A DNA stretch of 64,000 nt from an uncultured Acidobacteriota bacterium (GTDB lineage Bacteria > Acidobacteriota > Thermoanaerobaculia > Multivoradales > UBA5704). This document shows positions 27,326 through 37,498 of the stretch, piece after piece (the first letter of the stretch is position 1; each line of letters begins with the position of its first letter). Location of the stretch: the NCBI GenBank assembly GCA_963700145.1, contig OY969474.1:960001-1024000 (forward strand). The letters run 5' to 3'. The notes beneath the pieces are model-generated. The model made no database searches, was not told where the DNA came from, and worked only from the letters and a program-made list of their open reading frames with translations. Position numbers and translations under genes: made by a program.

Positions 27326-28297
27326 ATGGGACGCTTGACTCGAGTGCTATTTGCGATCGCGCCCGCCGAGGTGACCTTCACGCGGCGCGGCTTCCACCGC
27401 GGCGACGGGGCGGCGGTGGAGCGGCTCGAGCTCGTCTCGCGCACCTTCCTCACCGGCTACCACGCGGCGCTCGGTGAGCCGCGCGCAGCGGCACTCGAGC
27501 TCCGGCTGCCGCGCTTCGACGAGGAGCTGGCCGGCTTCGCCTTCGAAGGCGCGGCAATGGGTCTGGGCATCCTCGACGCGCTGAGCCCCTGGCCGGGAGG
27601 GCGCGTCGGACGGTATCTGGCGGGGCCGGCGGCACCGCACGTCTACGTCGCGCACGTCGGCGTCGGCTGGGCGCTGGCGCGGCTGCCTTTCGCGACGCGC
27701 CGGCTGCTCGCCCCGCTCGATCCTCTCCTCCGCTGGCTCACCTTCGACGGCCACGGCTTCCACGACGGCTTCTTCGACCCGGCGCGAGCCGTCCACCGGC
27801 AGGTGGCGCCCGAGCGACTGCGCGGCTACGCCCGCCGGGTGTACGACCAGGGCCTAGGGCGGAGCCTCTGGTTCTCCGCGGGCGCCGACCCGCGGCGGAT
27901 CGCAGCGGCAATCGGCGCGTTCGCCGCCGCGCGGCGCGCCGACCTCTGGTCCGGCGTTGGCCTCGCCTGTGCTTATGCGGGCGGCGTCGACGCCGGGGCT
28001 CTCGACTGCCTGCGCACCTTGGCCGGCTGGTACCTGCCGCACGTCGCGCAGGGAGCCGCCTTCGGCGCCAAAGCCCGCCACCGCGCCGGGAACCTGACCC
28101 CGAGCACCGACCGCGCCTGCCGCTCGCTCTGCGGCATCGCCGCCGAGGAAGCCGCGGCGGTGACCGACGCCGCGGCGGCGGCGCTGCCCACCCACCCTGC
28201 CGGCGGCCCGTCCGGACACGACGCGGAGCCGCTCTGGGAGAGCTGGCGCAGCTTGACACGGCGGCGTTTCGCCGCCCTGGAGGCGATTCCCGGATGA
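27326..28297 (+). CDS. Enediyne biosynthesis protein E3 (UnbL, DUF1702)
   Basis: FLTGY, GFAFEGAAM, HVYVAHVGVGWA, DGHGFHDGFF, DQGLGRSLWF, DLWSGVGLACAYAGG, QGAAF. Confidence 0.92.
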   Translation: MGRLTRVLFAIAPAEVTFTRRGFHRGDGAAVERLELVSRTFLTGYHAALGEPRAAALELRLPRFDEELAGFAFEGAAMGLGILDALSPWPGGRVGRYLAGPAAPHVYVAHVGVGWALARLPFATRRLLAPLDPLLRWLTFDGHGFHDGFFDPARAVHRQVAPERLRGYARRVYDQGLGRSLWFSAGADPRRIAAAIGAFAAARRADLWSGVGLACAYAGGVDAGALDCLRTLAGWYLPHVAQGAAFGAKARHRAGNLTPSTDRACRSLCGIAAEEAAAVTDAAAAALPTHPAGGPSGHDAEPLWESWRSLTRRRFAALEAIPG

Positions 28298-30258
28298 GCG
28301 CCGGCCGCCCGCTCCGCCGCCACGCCCCCAAGCTCGTCGCGCTCGGCCTGATAGGAGCGCTCTACGGCTTCGCCCGCGAGCCCGTGCCCTCGCCCGCCGC
28401 GGCGGCGGCGCTCGCCGCGCGCTTCCGCTTCGACGCCGCGGCACTGCCCGAGCCTCCCGGCCGGTCCGCCGCCGGCGTGCGGCGGGTGCACCCGACCCTC
28501 GAGCGGATCGCCGGCTGGATCTCCTCGGTCGGCGCGGCGATCGCCCTCGGGGACCTCGACGGTGACGGACTGCCGAACGACGCCTGTCACGTCGACCCGC
28601 GCTTCGACGCCGTGATCGTCGCCCCGCTACCGGGAACCGGCGGCCGTTTCGACCTCTTTACTCTCGACCCACCCGCGCTCCCCGACCGCAACTGGGCGGC
28701 GGCGGCGATGGGCTGCGTCCTCGCCGACCTCAACGAGGACGGGCTCGCCGATCTCCTCGTCTACTACTGGGGGCGGACGCCGGTGGCGTTCCTGCGCCGG
28801 CAAGGGGCGGGCCTCGCCGCCGCGCGCTTCCGAGCGCTCGAGATCGTGCCGGGACGCGAGCGCTGGTACACCAACGCTGCGACCCGCGCCGACCTCGACG
28901 GCGACGGCCACCCGGACCTCGTCTTCGGCAACTACTTCCCCGACGGCTCCCGCATCCTCGACGCCCGAGCGCCGGGGCGCGAGGCGATGCCGGACAGCAT
29001 GTCGCGCGCCGCCAACGGCGGGCGCAACCGGTTGCTCTTGTGGGCAGGGGGCCGGGGCGGCGCCGAGCCGGCGGTCCGCTTCGCCGACGCCTCCACCGCG
29101 CTCGAGCCGGCGCTCGCCACCGCCTGGACGCTGGCGGTGGGCGCCGCCGACCTCGACCACGACCTCCTTGCCGAGCTGTACTTCGCCAACGACTTCGGCC
29201 CCGACCAACTGCTCCACAACCGCAGCCGCCCGGGCCGGCCGGCGTTCGCGCCCCTCGCCGGCGAGCGCGGCTGGACCACCCCCGCCTCGAAGGTCCTGGG
29301 CGGCGACTCGTTCAAGGGCATGGGCGTCGACTTCGCCGACCTCTCGGGCGACGGCCTGCTCGACATCTACGTCAGCAACATCGCCCAGGAGTTCGCGCTC
29401 GAGGAGAGCCACTTCGCCTACGTCTCGACCGGTGCCACGGCGCGGATGCGCGACGGCGTCGCTCCCTACGTCGACCGCAGCGAGCCGCTCGGCTTGGCGC
29501 GCAGCGGTTGGGCGTGGGAGTCGCGACTCGCCGACTTCGACAACGACGGCGTGCTCGAGGCGGTCCAGGCCACCGGCTTCATCCGCGGGGCGGTCAACCG
29601 CTGGCCGGAGCTGCACGAGCTGGCGATGGGCAACGACCGGCTGCTCCACCGGCCCGGGGCGTGGCCCCGTCTCCGCGCCGGCGACGCGCTGTCGGGCGAC
29701 CTCGCGAACGCCTTCTTCGTGCGGGCAGCGGACGGGCGCTACGTCGACGTCGCGCTGCGCGTCGGCCTCGGGCGGAGGCAGGTGTCGCGCGGCGTCGCCA
29801 CCGCCGACGTCGACGCCGACGGCGCGCTCGACCTGGCGGTGGCGAACCAGTGGGAGCCTTCCTATCTCTATAGGAACCGCGGGCGCGGAGCCGCGGCGGC
29901 GCCGTACCTCGGGCTGCGCCTGCTCCTGCCTCTCCGCCCCGCGGCGGGCGCCCACCTGCCCGGCCTAGCGGCGCCGTCGCTGCCGGCGCGCGCCGCCGTC
30001 GGCGCCGCCGCGGAGGTGCGCCTGCCGGACGGCCGCCTTCTCGCTGCCGAGGTCGACGGCGGCAACGGCCACTCGGGCGACCGCAGCCCGGAGCTGCACT
30101 TCGGGCTCGGCGGGCTGCCCCCGGGCGGCCGCGTCGCCGTGGCGCTGCGCTGGCGCGATCCGGTGGGACGCTCACACGGCGCGCGCCTCACCTTGACCCC
30201 CGGCTGGCACACGCTGCTGCTGGGCTGGACCCCTCGCGAGAAGAGGGCTGAGGCATGA
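28294..30258 (+). CDS. Enediyne biosynthesis protein E4 (UnbV; FG-GAP/ASPIC)
   Basis: WISSVGAAIALGDLDGDGLPND, SMSRAANGG, SKVLGGDSFKGMG, NRWPELHELAMGND, VDGGNGHSG...LHFGLG; N-terminal hydrophobic anchor. Confidence 0.93.
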   Translation: MSAGRPLRRHAPKLVALGLIGALYGFAREPVPSPAAAAALAARFRFDAAALPEPPGRSAAGVRRVHPTLERIAGWISSVGAAIALGDLDGDGLPNDACHVDPRFDAVIVAPLPGTGGRFDLFTLDPPALPDRNWAAAAMGCVLADLNEDGLADLLVYYWGRTPVAFLRRQGAGLAAARFRALEIVPGRERWYTNAATRADLDGDGHPDLVFGNYFPDGSRILDARAPGREAMPDSMSRAANGGRNRLLLWAGGRGGAEPAVRFADASTALEPALATAWTLAVGAADLDHDLLAELYFANDFGPDQLLHNRSRPGRPAFAPLAGERGWTTPASKVLGGDSFKGMGVDFADLSGDGLLDIYVSNIAQEFALEESHFAYVSTGATARMRDGVAPYVDRSEPLGLARSGWAWESRLADFDNDGVLEAVQATGFIRGAVNRWPELHELAMGNDRLLHRPGAWPRLRAGDALSGDLANAFFVRAADGRYVDVALRVGLGRRQVSRGVATADVDADGALDLAVANQWEPSYLYRNRGRGAAAAPYLGLRLLLPLRPAAGAHLPGLAAPSLPARAAVGAAAEVRLPDGRLLAAEVDGGNGHSGDRSPELHFGLGGLPPGGRVAVALRWRDPVGRSHGARLTLTPGWHTLLLGWTPREKRAEA

Positions 30259-31187
30259 CGAGCCCAGGGGATCTGCGCCTGCCGGCGCTGCGCCGCTTCG
30301 CCGTCGCCATCACGCTGCTCAACCTGGCCGGCCACGCCGTGCTCGGGTTCGAGCAGTCGTGGGCGCAGCCTCTGGTGGCGCTCGTCGCCGCCTACGTGAC
30401 CGAGCTGCTCCTCGCCGCCGTCGAGGCGCGCGCCGAGGGGCGGCCGGTGCCCTGGACCCGCGGCGGGCCACGCGGGCTCGTCGACGCGCTGCTCGCTCCG
30501 CACATCACCGGGCTCGCCGTCGCCATGCTCACCTACGCCAACGAGCGGCTGGCGCCGGTCGCCTTCGCCAGCGCCGCCGCCATCGCCTCGAAGTTCGTGC
30601 TGCGCGTGCCGATGGGAGCACGGCGCCGCCACTTCCTGAACCCGTCGAACGCCGGCATCACGCTCACCCTGCTCCTCTTCCCGTGGGTTGGCATCGCCCA
30701 ACCGTACATGTTCACCGAGGACCTGGGGCCGGTCGGCGACGTGCTGCTGCCGGCGCTCATCGTCTGCACCGGCAGCTTCCTCAACACCCGCTTCACCCGC
30801 CGCATCGTGCTGGCCGGTGCCTGGCTCGGCGGCTTCGCCGCGCAGGCGCTGCTGCGCGCCTTCCTCTTCGGCACGCCGCCTGCGGCGGGACTGGTGCCGA
30901 TGACCGGCGTCGCCTTCCTCCTCTTCACCTTCTACATGGTCACCGACCCCGCGACGACGCCCGACGACCGGCGCGGGCAGGTGCTCTTCGGTCTCTCGGT
31001 CGCCGCCACCTACGGCATGCTGATGCGCCTGCACGTCGTCTTCGGCCTGTTCTTCGCCCTCTCGATCGTCAGCCTGCTGCGCGGCACGCTGTTCGCCGCC
31101 CGCGCGCTGGCGCTGCGGCGCGCCGCGGCGGCGCGGCGGGTCGAGGGCGTGCTGCCACTGCCCGTGACCGTCGTGCCGCCGCGATGA
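30255..31187 (+). CDS. Enediyne biosynthesis protein E5 (UnbU), membrane protein
   Basis: ALRRFAVAIT-LN-GH-LGFEQS, HITGLAV, RHFLNPSN, FTFYMVTDPATTP. Confidence 0.92.
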   Translation: MTSPGDLRLPALRRFAVAITLLNLAGHAVLGFEQSWAQPLVALVAAYVTELLLAAVEARAEGRPVPWTRGGPRGLVDALLAPHITGLAVAMLTYANERLAPVAFASAAAIASKFVLRVPMGARRRHFLNPSNAGITLTLLLFPWVGIAQPYMFTEDLGPVGDVLLPALIVCTGSFLNTRFTRRIVLAGAWLGGFAAQALLRAFLFGTPPAAGLVPMTGVAFLLFTFYMVTDPATTPDDRRGQVLFGLSVAATYGMLMRLHVVFGLFFALSIVSLLRGTLFAARALALRRAAAARRVEGVLPLPVTVVPPR

Positions 31188-34100
31188 AGGGCGCCGTCGC
31201 CATTGTCGGCATGGCCTGCCGCTACCCGGACGCGCGGAGCCCGCGCGAGCTATGGGAGAACGCGCTCGCCGGCCGGCGGGCGTTCCGCCGCATCCCGGCC
31301 GAGCGGCTGCGGCTGGCCGACTACTACGCCGCCGACCGCGCCGCCGCCGACAGCATCTACTCGACCGAGGCGGCGGTGCTCGAGGGCTACGAGTTCGACC
31401 GCGTCCGCTTCCGCGTCGCAGGCCCTTCCTACCGCGCCGCGGACCTCGTCCACTGGCTGGCTCTCGACGTCGCGGCCGCCGCGCTCGCCGACGCCGGCTT
31501 TGCCGACGGCGCGGGGCTGCCGCGTGAGGCGACCGGCGTCCTCCTCGGCAACACCCTGACCGGCGAGCAGTCGCGCGCCAACCTCTTGCGGCTGCGCTGG
31601 CCCTACGTCCGGCGGGTGACGGCGGCGGCCCTCGCCGAGGCCGGGGTGGAGGAGCGCGGCGCGTTGCTCGCGCGGCTCGAGGCGCTCTACAAGGAACCGT
31701 TCCCGGAAGAGACCGAGGAGAGCTTGGCCGGCGGGCTCTCCAACACCATCGCCGGACGCATCTGCAACCACTTCGACCTCGGCGGCGGCGGCTACACCGT
31801 GGACGGCGCCTGCGCCTCGTCGCTGCTGGCGGTGGCGCAGGCCTGCGGCGCGCTCGCCGCCGGCGACCTCGAGGTGGCGCTGGCCGGCGGCGTCGACCTC
31901 TCGCTCGACCCCTTCGAGCTGGTCGGCTTCGCCCGCACCGGGGCGCTGGCGGCAGGCGCGATGCGGGTCTACGACGCCGGCTCGCGGGGCTTCATTCCCG
32001 GCGAGGGCTGCGGCGTCGTGGTGCTAATGCGGCTCGACGCGGCGCGCGCCGCCGGGCGCCGGGTGCGCGCGGTGATCCGCGGCTGGGGCGTGTCCTCGGA
32101 CGGCCGCGGCGGGCTGACGCGGCCGGAGGTGGAAGGGCAGATGCGGGCGCTCGCCCGCGCCTACGCGTGCGCCGGGCTGGCGATCGGCGAGGTCGCCTAC
32201 TTCGAAGGGCACGGCACCGGCACCGCGGTGGGCGACGCAGCCGAGCTCGAGGCGCTGTCGCGGGCGCGCCGGCAGGACCGCGGCGACGAATGCGATGACC
32301 GGGGAGGGCGGGCGCTCCCCGCCATCGGCTCGATCAAGGCGGTCATAGGACACACCAAGGCCGCGGCCGGGGTCGCCGGTCTGATCAAGGCGACGCTGGC
32401 GCTCGAGGCGCAAGTGCTGCCGCCGACGATCGGCTGCGACGACCCGCACCCGCTCCTCGCCGGACCGGACGCCGCTCTGCGCGCGCCGGCGGCGGCGGAG
32501 CCGTGGCCGGCGGCGGCACCGCTCCTCGCCGGCGTGAGCGCCATGGGGTTCGGCGGCATCAACGCGCACCTCGTGCTCGAGGGCGTGGCGGGCGAGCGGC
32601 GGCGGCGGCTCGCCCCGGCCGAGCAGCTCCTCGCGGCATCGCCGCAGGACGCCGAGCTACTGCTGCTCGCGGCCGACGACGCGGCGGCGTTGGCACAGGA
32701 GGTCGCGCGACTGGCGCGGCTCGCGCCCCGTCTTTCTCGGGCCGAGCTGGGGGACCTCACCGCGCGCCTCGCGGCCGACCTGCGGCCGGGGCGGCTGCGG
32801 GCGGCGGTCGTGGCCGGCTCGCCCGCGGGTCTCGCGCGGCGCCTCGAGAAGCTCGCCGACTGGCTCGCCCTCCTGCCGCCGTCTGACGCCGATGACGTGG
32901 GCTGCTGGCGGCAGCTCGACGCCGCGGACGGTGTCTTCCTGGGGCTCGGCGGACAGGCGCCACGGCTCGGCTTCCTCTTCCCCGGCCAAGGAGCGCCCGT
33001 TCCCGCCGCCGGCGGCGCACTGGCGCGGCGCTTCGCCGCCGCGGCCGAGGTCTACGCCGGGCTTGACCTGCCGTCCGTAGAGGACCGCATCGCCACCGCC
33101 GTCGCCCAGCCGGCCATCGCCGCCGCCACGCTCGCCGCGCTGAGGGTGCTCGAGCTGCTGCGGATCGAGGCCGCGGTCGCGGTCGGGCACAGCCTGGGGG
33201 AGCTTGCGGCGCTAACCTGGGCGGGAGCACTCGACGCCGCCGCGCTGGTGCGGGTGGCGGCGGCGCGCGGCCGGGCGATGGCGGAGGTCGACGCCCCGCC
33301 GGGAGCGATGGCCAGCCTGGCGGCGGCGCCGGAGGCGGTCGCGAGCTTCCTCGCCGGCGGCGAACTGGTGGTGGCCGCGTACAACACGCCGGCCGACACC
33401 GTGGTCTCCGGTCCGGCGGCCGCCGTCGAGCGCCTGATCGAGCGCGCCCGTGCCGCCGGTCTGCCGGCCTCGCGCCTCGCCGTCTCGCACGCCTTCCACG
33501 CGCCGGCCATGGCGGCGGCGGCACCGCGCCTGGCGGCGGCGCTGGCGGCGGAGGCTCTGCGGCCGCCGGTCCGCCGGGTCGTCTCGACGGTCACCGGCCG
33601 GCCGCTGCCGCCAGAGGTGGACCTCGTCCGCCTGCTCCTCGACCAGCTCACGCATCCGGTGCGCTTCGTCGCGGCGCTGGCCGCCGCCGGACCGGTGGAC
33701 CTCTGGATCGAGGTCGGCCCCGGCCGGGTGACGAGCGGCCTCGCCGCCTCCTGCGGCGCGGCGCCGGCGGTGCCGCTCGACGCCGGCGGGCCGTCGCTCC
33801 GCGGGCCGCTGCAGGCCGCGGGCGCCGCCTTCGCTCTCGGCGCGCCGGTTGCGGCGGCGGCGCTGTTCGCCGGGCGCTTCACACGGCCGTTCGATCCCGA
33901 GCGCCCGCTGCGCTTCCTCGCCAACCCCTGCGAGCGGGCGCCGGTAGCGCCTAACGATCTCGGCGCCGAGCCGAGCGTGAGGCAAAGAGAAGAAAGGAGT
34001 CCGATGGGGGCAGAACAAGCGCACGCTGCCGCCGACCCGCTGGCGGTCGTGCGCGGGCTCGTCGCCGAGCGCGCCGAGCTGCCGCTCGCGGCCGTGGACG

Positions 34101-37057
34101 AGACGAGCCGCCTGCTCGGCGATCTCCACCTGAGCTCGATCGCCGTCGGCCAGCTCGTCGTCGAGGCGGCGCGGCGGCTCGGGCGCGCGGCGCCGGCCGC
34201 GATCATCGAGTACGCCGGCGCCACCGTCGGCGAGGTGGCGCGTGCGCTCGCCGAGCAGCCGCAGCGCGACGAGGCGGCGGCCGAGCCCGAGCGCTGGCCG
34301 GCCGGAGTGGACGCCTGGCTGCGCGCCTTCATCCTCGCTTGGGTGGAGAGGCCGGCGGCGCCGCCGCGCCCGCTCCCCGTCGGCGGCGCCTGCGGCTGGC
34401 GCGTGATGGCGCCGGCCGGGCACCCGCTGGCCGAGCCGCTGCGCCGTGAGCTGGCGCGGGCCACGGGCGGGGGCGTCGCCGTGTGCCTGCCGGCGGAGCC
34501 CGGCGCCGCCACTCCCGGTCTCCTCCTCGCCGCCGCGCACGCGGTCATGGCGCTACCGCGGCCGGCCTGCTTCGTGGCGGTGCAGGCCGCGGGATGGGGA
34601 GGTGGGTTCGCGCGCACTCTCCATTTGGAACGGCCGGATCTCGCCACCGCCGTCGTCGAGGTTCCCTTGGTGGCGCCGGACGGCCATCCGGCCAGCATCG
34701 CGGCTTGGGTGGCGCGCGAGGCCGCGGCGGCGCTCGCCGCCGGCGGCTATCACGAGGCGCGCTACGACGACGCCGGGCGGCGCAGCGAGCCGGTCCTCCG
34801 CCTGCTCGCCGAGCCGCCGCTCGACGTCGAGCCCGCCGCCCCCGCCGCGCTCCCTCTCGGTCCAGACGACGTCCTCCTGGTCACCGGCGGCGGCAAGGGG
34901 ATCGGCGCCGAGTGCGCGCTGGCGCTGGCTCGCGCGAGCGGCGCGCGGCTGGCCCTCCTCGGCCGCTCGCGGCCCGAAGAGGACGGCGCGCTGGCCGCGA
35001 ACCTCGAGCGCCTGCGCGCCGCCGGGGTGGCCTTCGCCTACCTGAACGCCGACGTCACCGATCCCGACGCGGTCGCGGCGGCGGTGCGCGCAGCGGAGCG
35101 CCGGCTCGGGCCGGTCACCGCCGTGCTCCACGCCGCGGGAAGCAACTCCCCGTGCCTCGTGGCGGCGCTCGACGAGGCGGCGTTCCGCCGCACCCTGGGG
35201 CCCAAGGTCGACGGCCTCGCGCACGTGCTCTGGGCGCTCGATCCGGCGCGCCTCCGCCTGCTGGTCGCCTTCGGCTCGATCATCGGCCGCACCGGTCTGC
35301 CCGGCGAGGCCGACTACGGCGTCGCCAACGAGTGGCTGGCGCGCCGCGTCGAGGCGTTCGCGGCGGCGTTCCCGGCCTGCCGCTGCCTCACCGTCGAGTG
35401 GTCGGTCTGGTCGGGGGTCGGCATGGGCGAGCGACTCGGCCGTGTGGAGGCGCTGCTGCGCGAGGGGATCACGCCGATCCCGCCCGACGGCGGAGTCGCG
35501 GCGCTCCTCGCGCTGCTGCGCCGGCCGCCGCCGGCGACCTCGGTCGTGGTCTGCGGCCGCTTCGGCGACCCGCCGACGCTGCGCCTTGAGCGCCGCGAGC
35601 TGCCGCTGCTCCGCTTTCTCGAGGTGCCGCGCGTCCACGTGCCGGGTGTGGAGCTGGTGGTGGAGAGCGATCTCTCGGCCGATTCCGACCCCTACTTCGC
35701 CGACCACCAGCTCGCGGGCGAGCGCCTGCTGCCGGCGGTGATCGGGCTCGAGGCGATGGCGCAGGCCGCGATGGCGGTCGCCGGTGCGACGGCGCTGCCG
35801 GTCTTCGAGGAGGTCGCGTTCCTGCGCCCGGTCGGGCTCCCGGCCGCCGGCCGGACGCGGCTGCGCATCGCGGCGCTCGGACGCGAGCCGGGGCGGGTGG
35901 AGGTGGTCCTCCGCTGCGCCGCGACCGGCTTCGCGGCCGACCACTTCCGCGCCACCTGCAGCTTCACGGCGGGGCGCCCCGAGGCGGCGACGCCGGCGGG
36001 CGCGGCGCCCGCCGACGAGCCGCCGGCGCGCCTCGCGCTCGACCCCCAGCGCGAGCTCTACGGCGACCTGCTGTTCCACGGCGCCCGCTTCCAGCGTCTG
36101 AGCGGTTACCGGCGGCTGCGCGCCACCGAGTGCCTCGCCGAGATCTCGCCTGACGGTCATACCGAGTGGTTCGGGAGCTACCTGCCCGCGACTCTGGTGT
36201 TGGGCGACCCCGGCGCCCGCGACGCCGCGCTGCACGGCGTGCAGGCCTGCGTGCCACACGCGACTCTCCTGCCGATCGGCGTCGAGCGGATCGAGACCGC
36301 GCCGCTCGCCACCGATCAGCCGTGCCGCGTCACTGCCCGCGAGCGGCGGCGCGACGGGAACACCTTCGTCTTCGACCTCGAGATCGCCGACGCCGGCGGC
36401 GCCCGCGAGCGCTGGCTGGGGCTCCGCCTGCGCGCCGTCGCCGCGCTGTCGCCGCGCGCCGCCTGGCCGCTGCCGCTCCTCGCTCCCTACGTCGAGCGCC
36501 GGCTCGAGGAGCTGCTGCCGGCGGGCCGGCTGGCGGTCGTCCTGGAGCGCGCCGCCCGGGGCGAGCGCCGCGCCGCCGCCGGCCGGGCGCTGGCCGCCGC
36601 GCTCGGGACCGCCGCCGTCGTTGCCCGCCGTCCCGACGGCCGGCCGGAGGGGCCCGGCGGCCGCGCCGTCTCGGTGGCGCACACGGTGGGCCTGGTGCTG
36701 GCGGTGACCGGCGCCGGTCCGCTCGGCTGCGACCTCGAGCCGGTCGCGGACCGCCCGCCGGAAGCCTGGCGCAGCCTCCTCGGGAGCGAGCGGTCGGCGC
36801 TCGCGGCGCTGCTCGGCCGCGAGCGCGGCGAGGACGCGGCGGCCGCGGCGACGCGCGTCTGGACCGCGGCCGAGTGCCTGAAGAAGGCCGGCGCCCCGGC
36901 CGCAGCGCCGCTGGTGCTGGCCGGCGGCACGGCCGACGGCTGGGTGCTGCTGCGCTCGGGACGGCTGCAGGTGGCGACGCTGGTGACCGGCATCGGCGCG
37001 GAGAGCGGGCGTCTGGCGCTGGCGGTGGCGGCGGAGGCGGTCGATGCCCTTCTTTGA
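31184..37057 (+). CDS. pksE: Enediyne iterative type I polyketide synthase PKSE (KS-AT-ACP-KR-DH-PPTase)
   Basis: KS: TVDGACASS, EGHGTGT, IGHTKAAAG. AT: GHSLG, HAFH. ACP: LGDLHLSSIAVGQL. KR: TGGGKGIG. DH: DHQLAGERLLPAV. PPTase: GCDLEPV...RVWTAAECLKK. The ATGA start overlaps the E5 stop; 1957 aa. Confidence 0.97.
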   Translation: MKGAVAIVGMACRYPDARSPRELWENALAGRRAFRRIPAERLRLADYYAADRAAADSIYSTEAAVLEGYEFDRVRFRVAGPSYRAADLVHWLALDVAAAALADAGFADGAGLPREATGVLLGNTLTGEQSRANLLRLRWPYVRRVTAAALAEAGVEERGALLARLEALYKEPFPEETEESLAGGLSNTIAGRICNHFDLGGGGYTVDGACASSLLAVAQACGALAAGDLEVALAGGVDLSLDPFELVGFARTGALAAGAMRVYDAGSRGFIPGEGCGVVVLMRLDAARAAGRRVRAVIRGWGVSSDGRGGLTRPEVEGQMRALARAYACAGLAIGEVAYFEGHGTGTAVGDAAELEALSRARRQDRGDECDDRGGRALPAIGSIKAVIGHTKAAAGVAGLIKATLALEAQVLPPTIGCDDPHPLLAGPDAALRAPAAAEPWPAAAPLLAGVSAMGFGGINAHLVLEGVAGERRRRLAPAEQLLAASPQDAELLLLAADDAAALAQEVARLARLAPRLSRAELGDLTARLAADLRPGRLRAAVVAGSPAGLARRLEKLADWLALLPPSDADDVGCWRQLDAADGVFLGLGGQAPRLGFLFPGQGAPVPAAGGALARRFAAAAEVYAGLDLPSVEDRIATAVAQPAIAAATLAALRVLELLRIEAAVAVGHSLGELAALTWAGALDAAALVRVAAARGRAMAEVDAPPGAMASLAAAPEAVASFLAGGELVVAAYNTPADTVVSGPAAAVERLIERARAAGLPASRLAVSHAFHAPAMAAAAPRLAAALAAEALRPPVRRVVSTVTGRPLPPEVDLVRLLLDQLTHPVRFVAALAAAGPVDLWIEVGPGRVTSGLAASCGAAPAVPLDAGGPSLRGPLQAAGAAFALGAPVAAAALFAGRFTRPFDPERPLRFLANPCERAPVAPNDLGAEPSVRQREERSPMGAEQAHAAADPLAVVRGLVAERAELPLAAVDETSRLLGDLHLSSIAVGQLVVEAARRLGRAAPAAIIEYAGATVGEVARALAEQPQRDEAAAEPERWPAGVDAWLRAFILAWVERPAAPPRPLPVGGACGWRVMAPAGHPLAEPLRRELARATGGGVAVCLPAEPGAATPGLLLAAAHAVMALPRPACFVAVQAAGWGGGFARTLHLERPDLATAVVEVPLVAPDGHPASIAAWVAREAAAALAAGGYHEARYDDAGRRSEPVLRLLAEPPLDVEPAAPAALPLGPDDVLLVTGGGKGIGAECALALARASGARLALLGRSRPEEDGALAANLERLRAAGVAFAYLNADVTDPDAVAAAVRAAERRLGPVTAVLHAAGSNSPCLVAALDEAAFRRTLGPKVDGLAHVLWALDPARLRLLVAFGSIIGRTGLPGEADYGVANEWLARRVEAFAAAFPACRCLTVEWSVWSGVGMGERLGRVEALLREGITPIPPDGGVAALLALLRRPPPATSVVVCGRFGDPPTLRLERRELPLLRFLEVPRVHVPGVELVVESDLSADSDPYFADHQLAGERLLPAVIGLEAMAQAAMAVAGATALPVFEEVAFLRPVGLPAAGRTRLRIAALGREPGRVEVVLRCAATGFAADHFRATCSFTAGRPEAATPAGAAPADEPPARLALDPQRELYGDLLFHGARFQRLSGYRRLRATECLAEISPDGHTEWFGSYLPATLVLGDPGARDAALHGVQACVPHATLLPIGVERIETAPLATDQPCRVTARERRRDGNTFVFDLEIADAGGARERWLGLRLRAVAALSPRAAWPLPLLAPYVERRLEELLPAGRLAVVLERAARGERRAAAGRALAAALGTAAVVARRPDGRPEGPGGRAVSVAHTVGLVLAVTGAGPLGCDLEPVADRPPEAWRSLLGSERSALAALLGRERGEDAAAAATRVWTAAECLKKAGAPAAAPLVLAGGTADGWVLLRSGRLQVATLVTGIGAESGRLALAVAAEAVDALL

Positions 37058-37469
37058 GCAGCGCCACGTGGTCGCCTTCGAGGACACGAACCTGGTGGGC
37101 AACGTCTATTACGTGAACTACCTGAGCTGGCAGGGACGGTGCCGCGAGATGTTCATCCGCGCCTACTGCCCGGAGCTGCTCGCCGAGCTGGCCGGCGGGC
37201 TGGCCCTGGTCACCACCCGCTGCTCGTGCGATTTCCTGCGCGAGCTCGCGGCGTTCGACGAGGTGGCGGTGCGCATGCGCCTGGGCGAGCTCGGGCAGAG
37301 CCGCGTGACCATGCTCTTCGACTATTGGCGGCTGGCCGCCGAGGGCGAGGAGCTGGTGGCGCGAGGCGAGCAGCAGGTGGCCTTCATGCGGCGCGAGGCG
37401 GACCGGCTGGTGCCGGCGCCGGTCGCGCCGCGCTTCCGGGAGGCCGTCCAGGCCTTCGTCACGCAGTGA
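37044..37469 (+). CDS. Enediyne hotdog thioesterase E10 (TEBC)
   Basis: FEDTNLVGNVYYVNYLSWQGRCREMF, the SgcE10/CalE7-type signature, directly after PKSE. Confidence 0.95.
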   Translation: MPFFEQRHVVAFEDTNLVGNVYYVNYLSWQGRCREMFIRAYCPELLAELAGGLALVTTRCSCDFLRELAAFDEVAVRMRLGELGQSRVTMLFDYWRLAAEGEELVARGEQQVAFMRREADRLVPAPVAPRFREAVQAFVTQ

Positions 37470-37498
37470 GCGCGGCGCGAGCCGCAGGAGGAGAGGCG

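Noticed and set aside
30359-31183. Extra 275 codons at the start of the PKSE ORF
   Set aside because: They overlap E5 in another frame. The KS domain starts at ATG 31184, coupled to the E5 stop.
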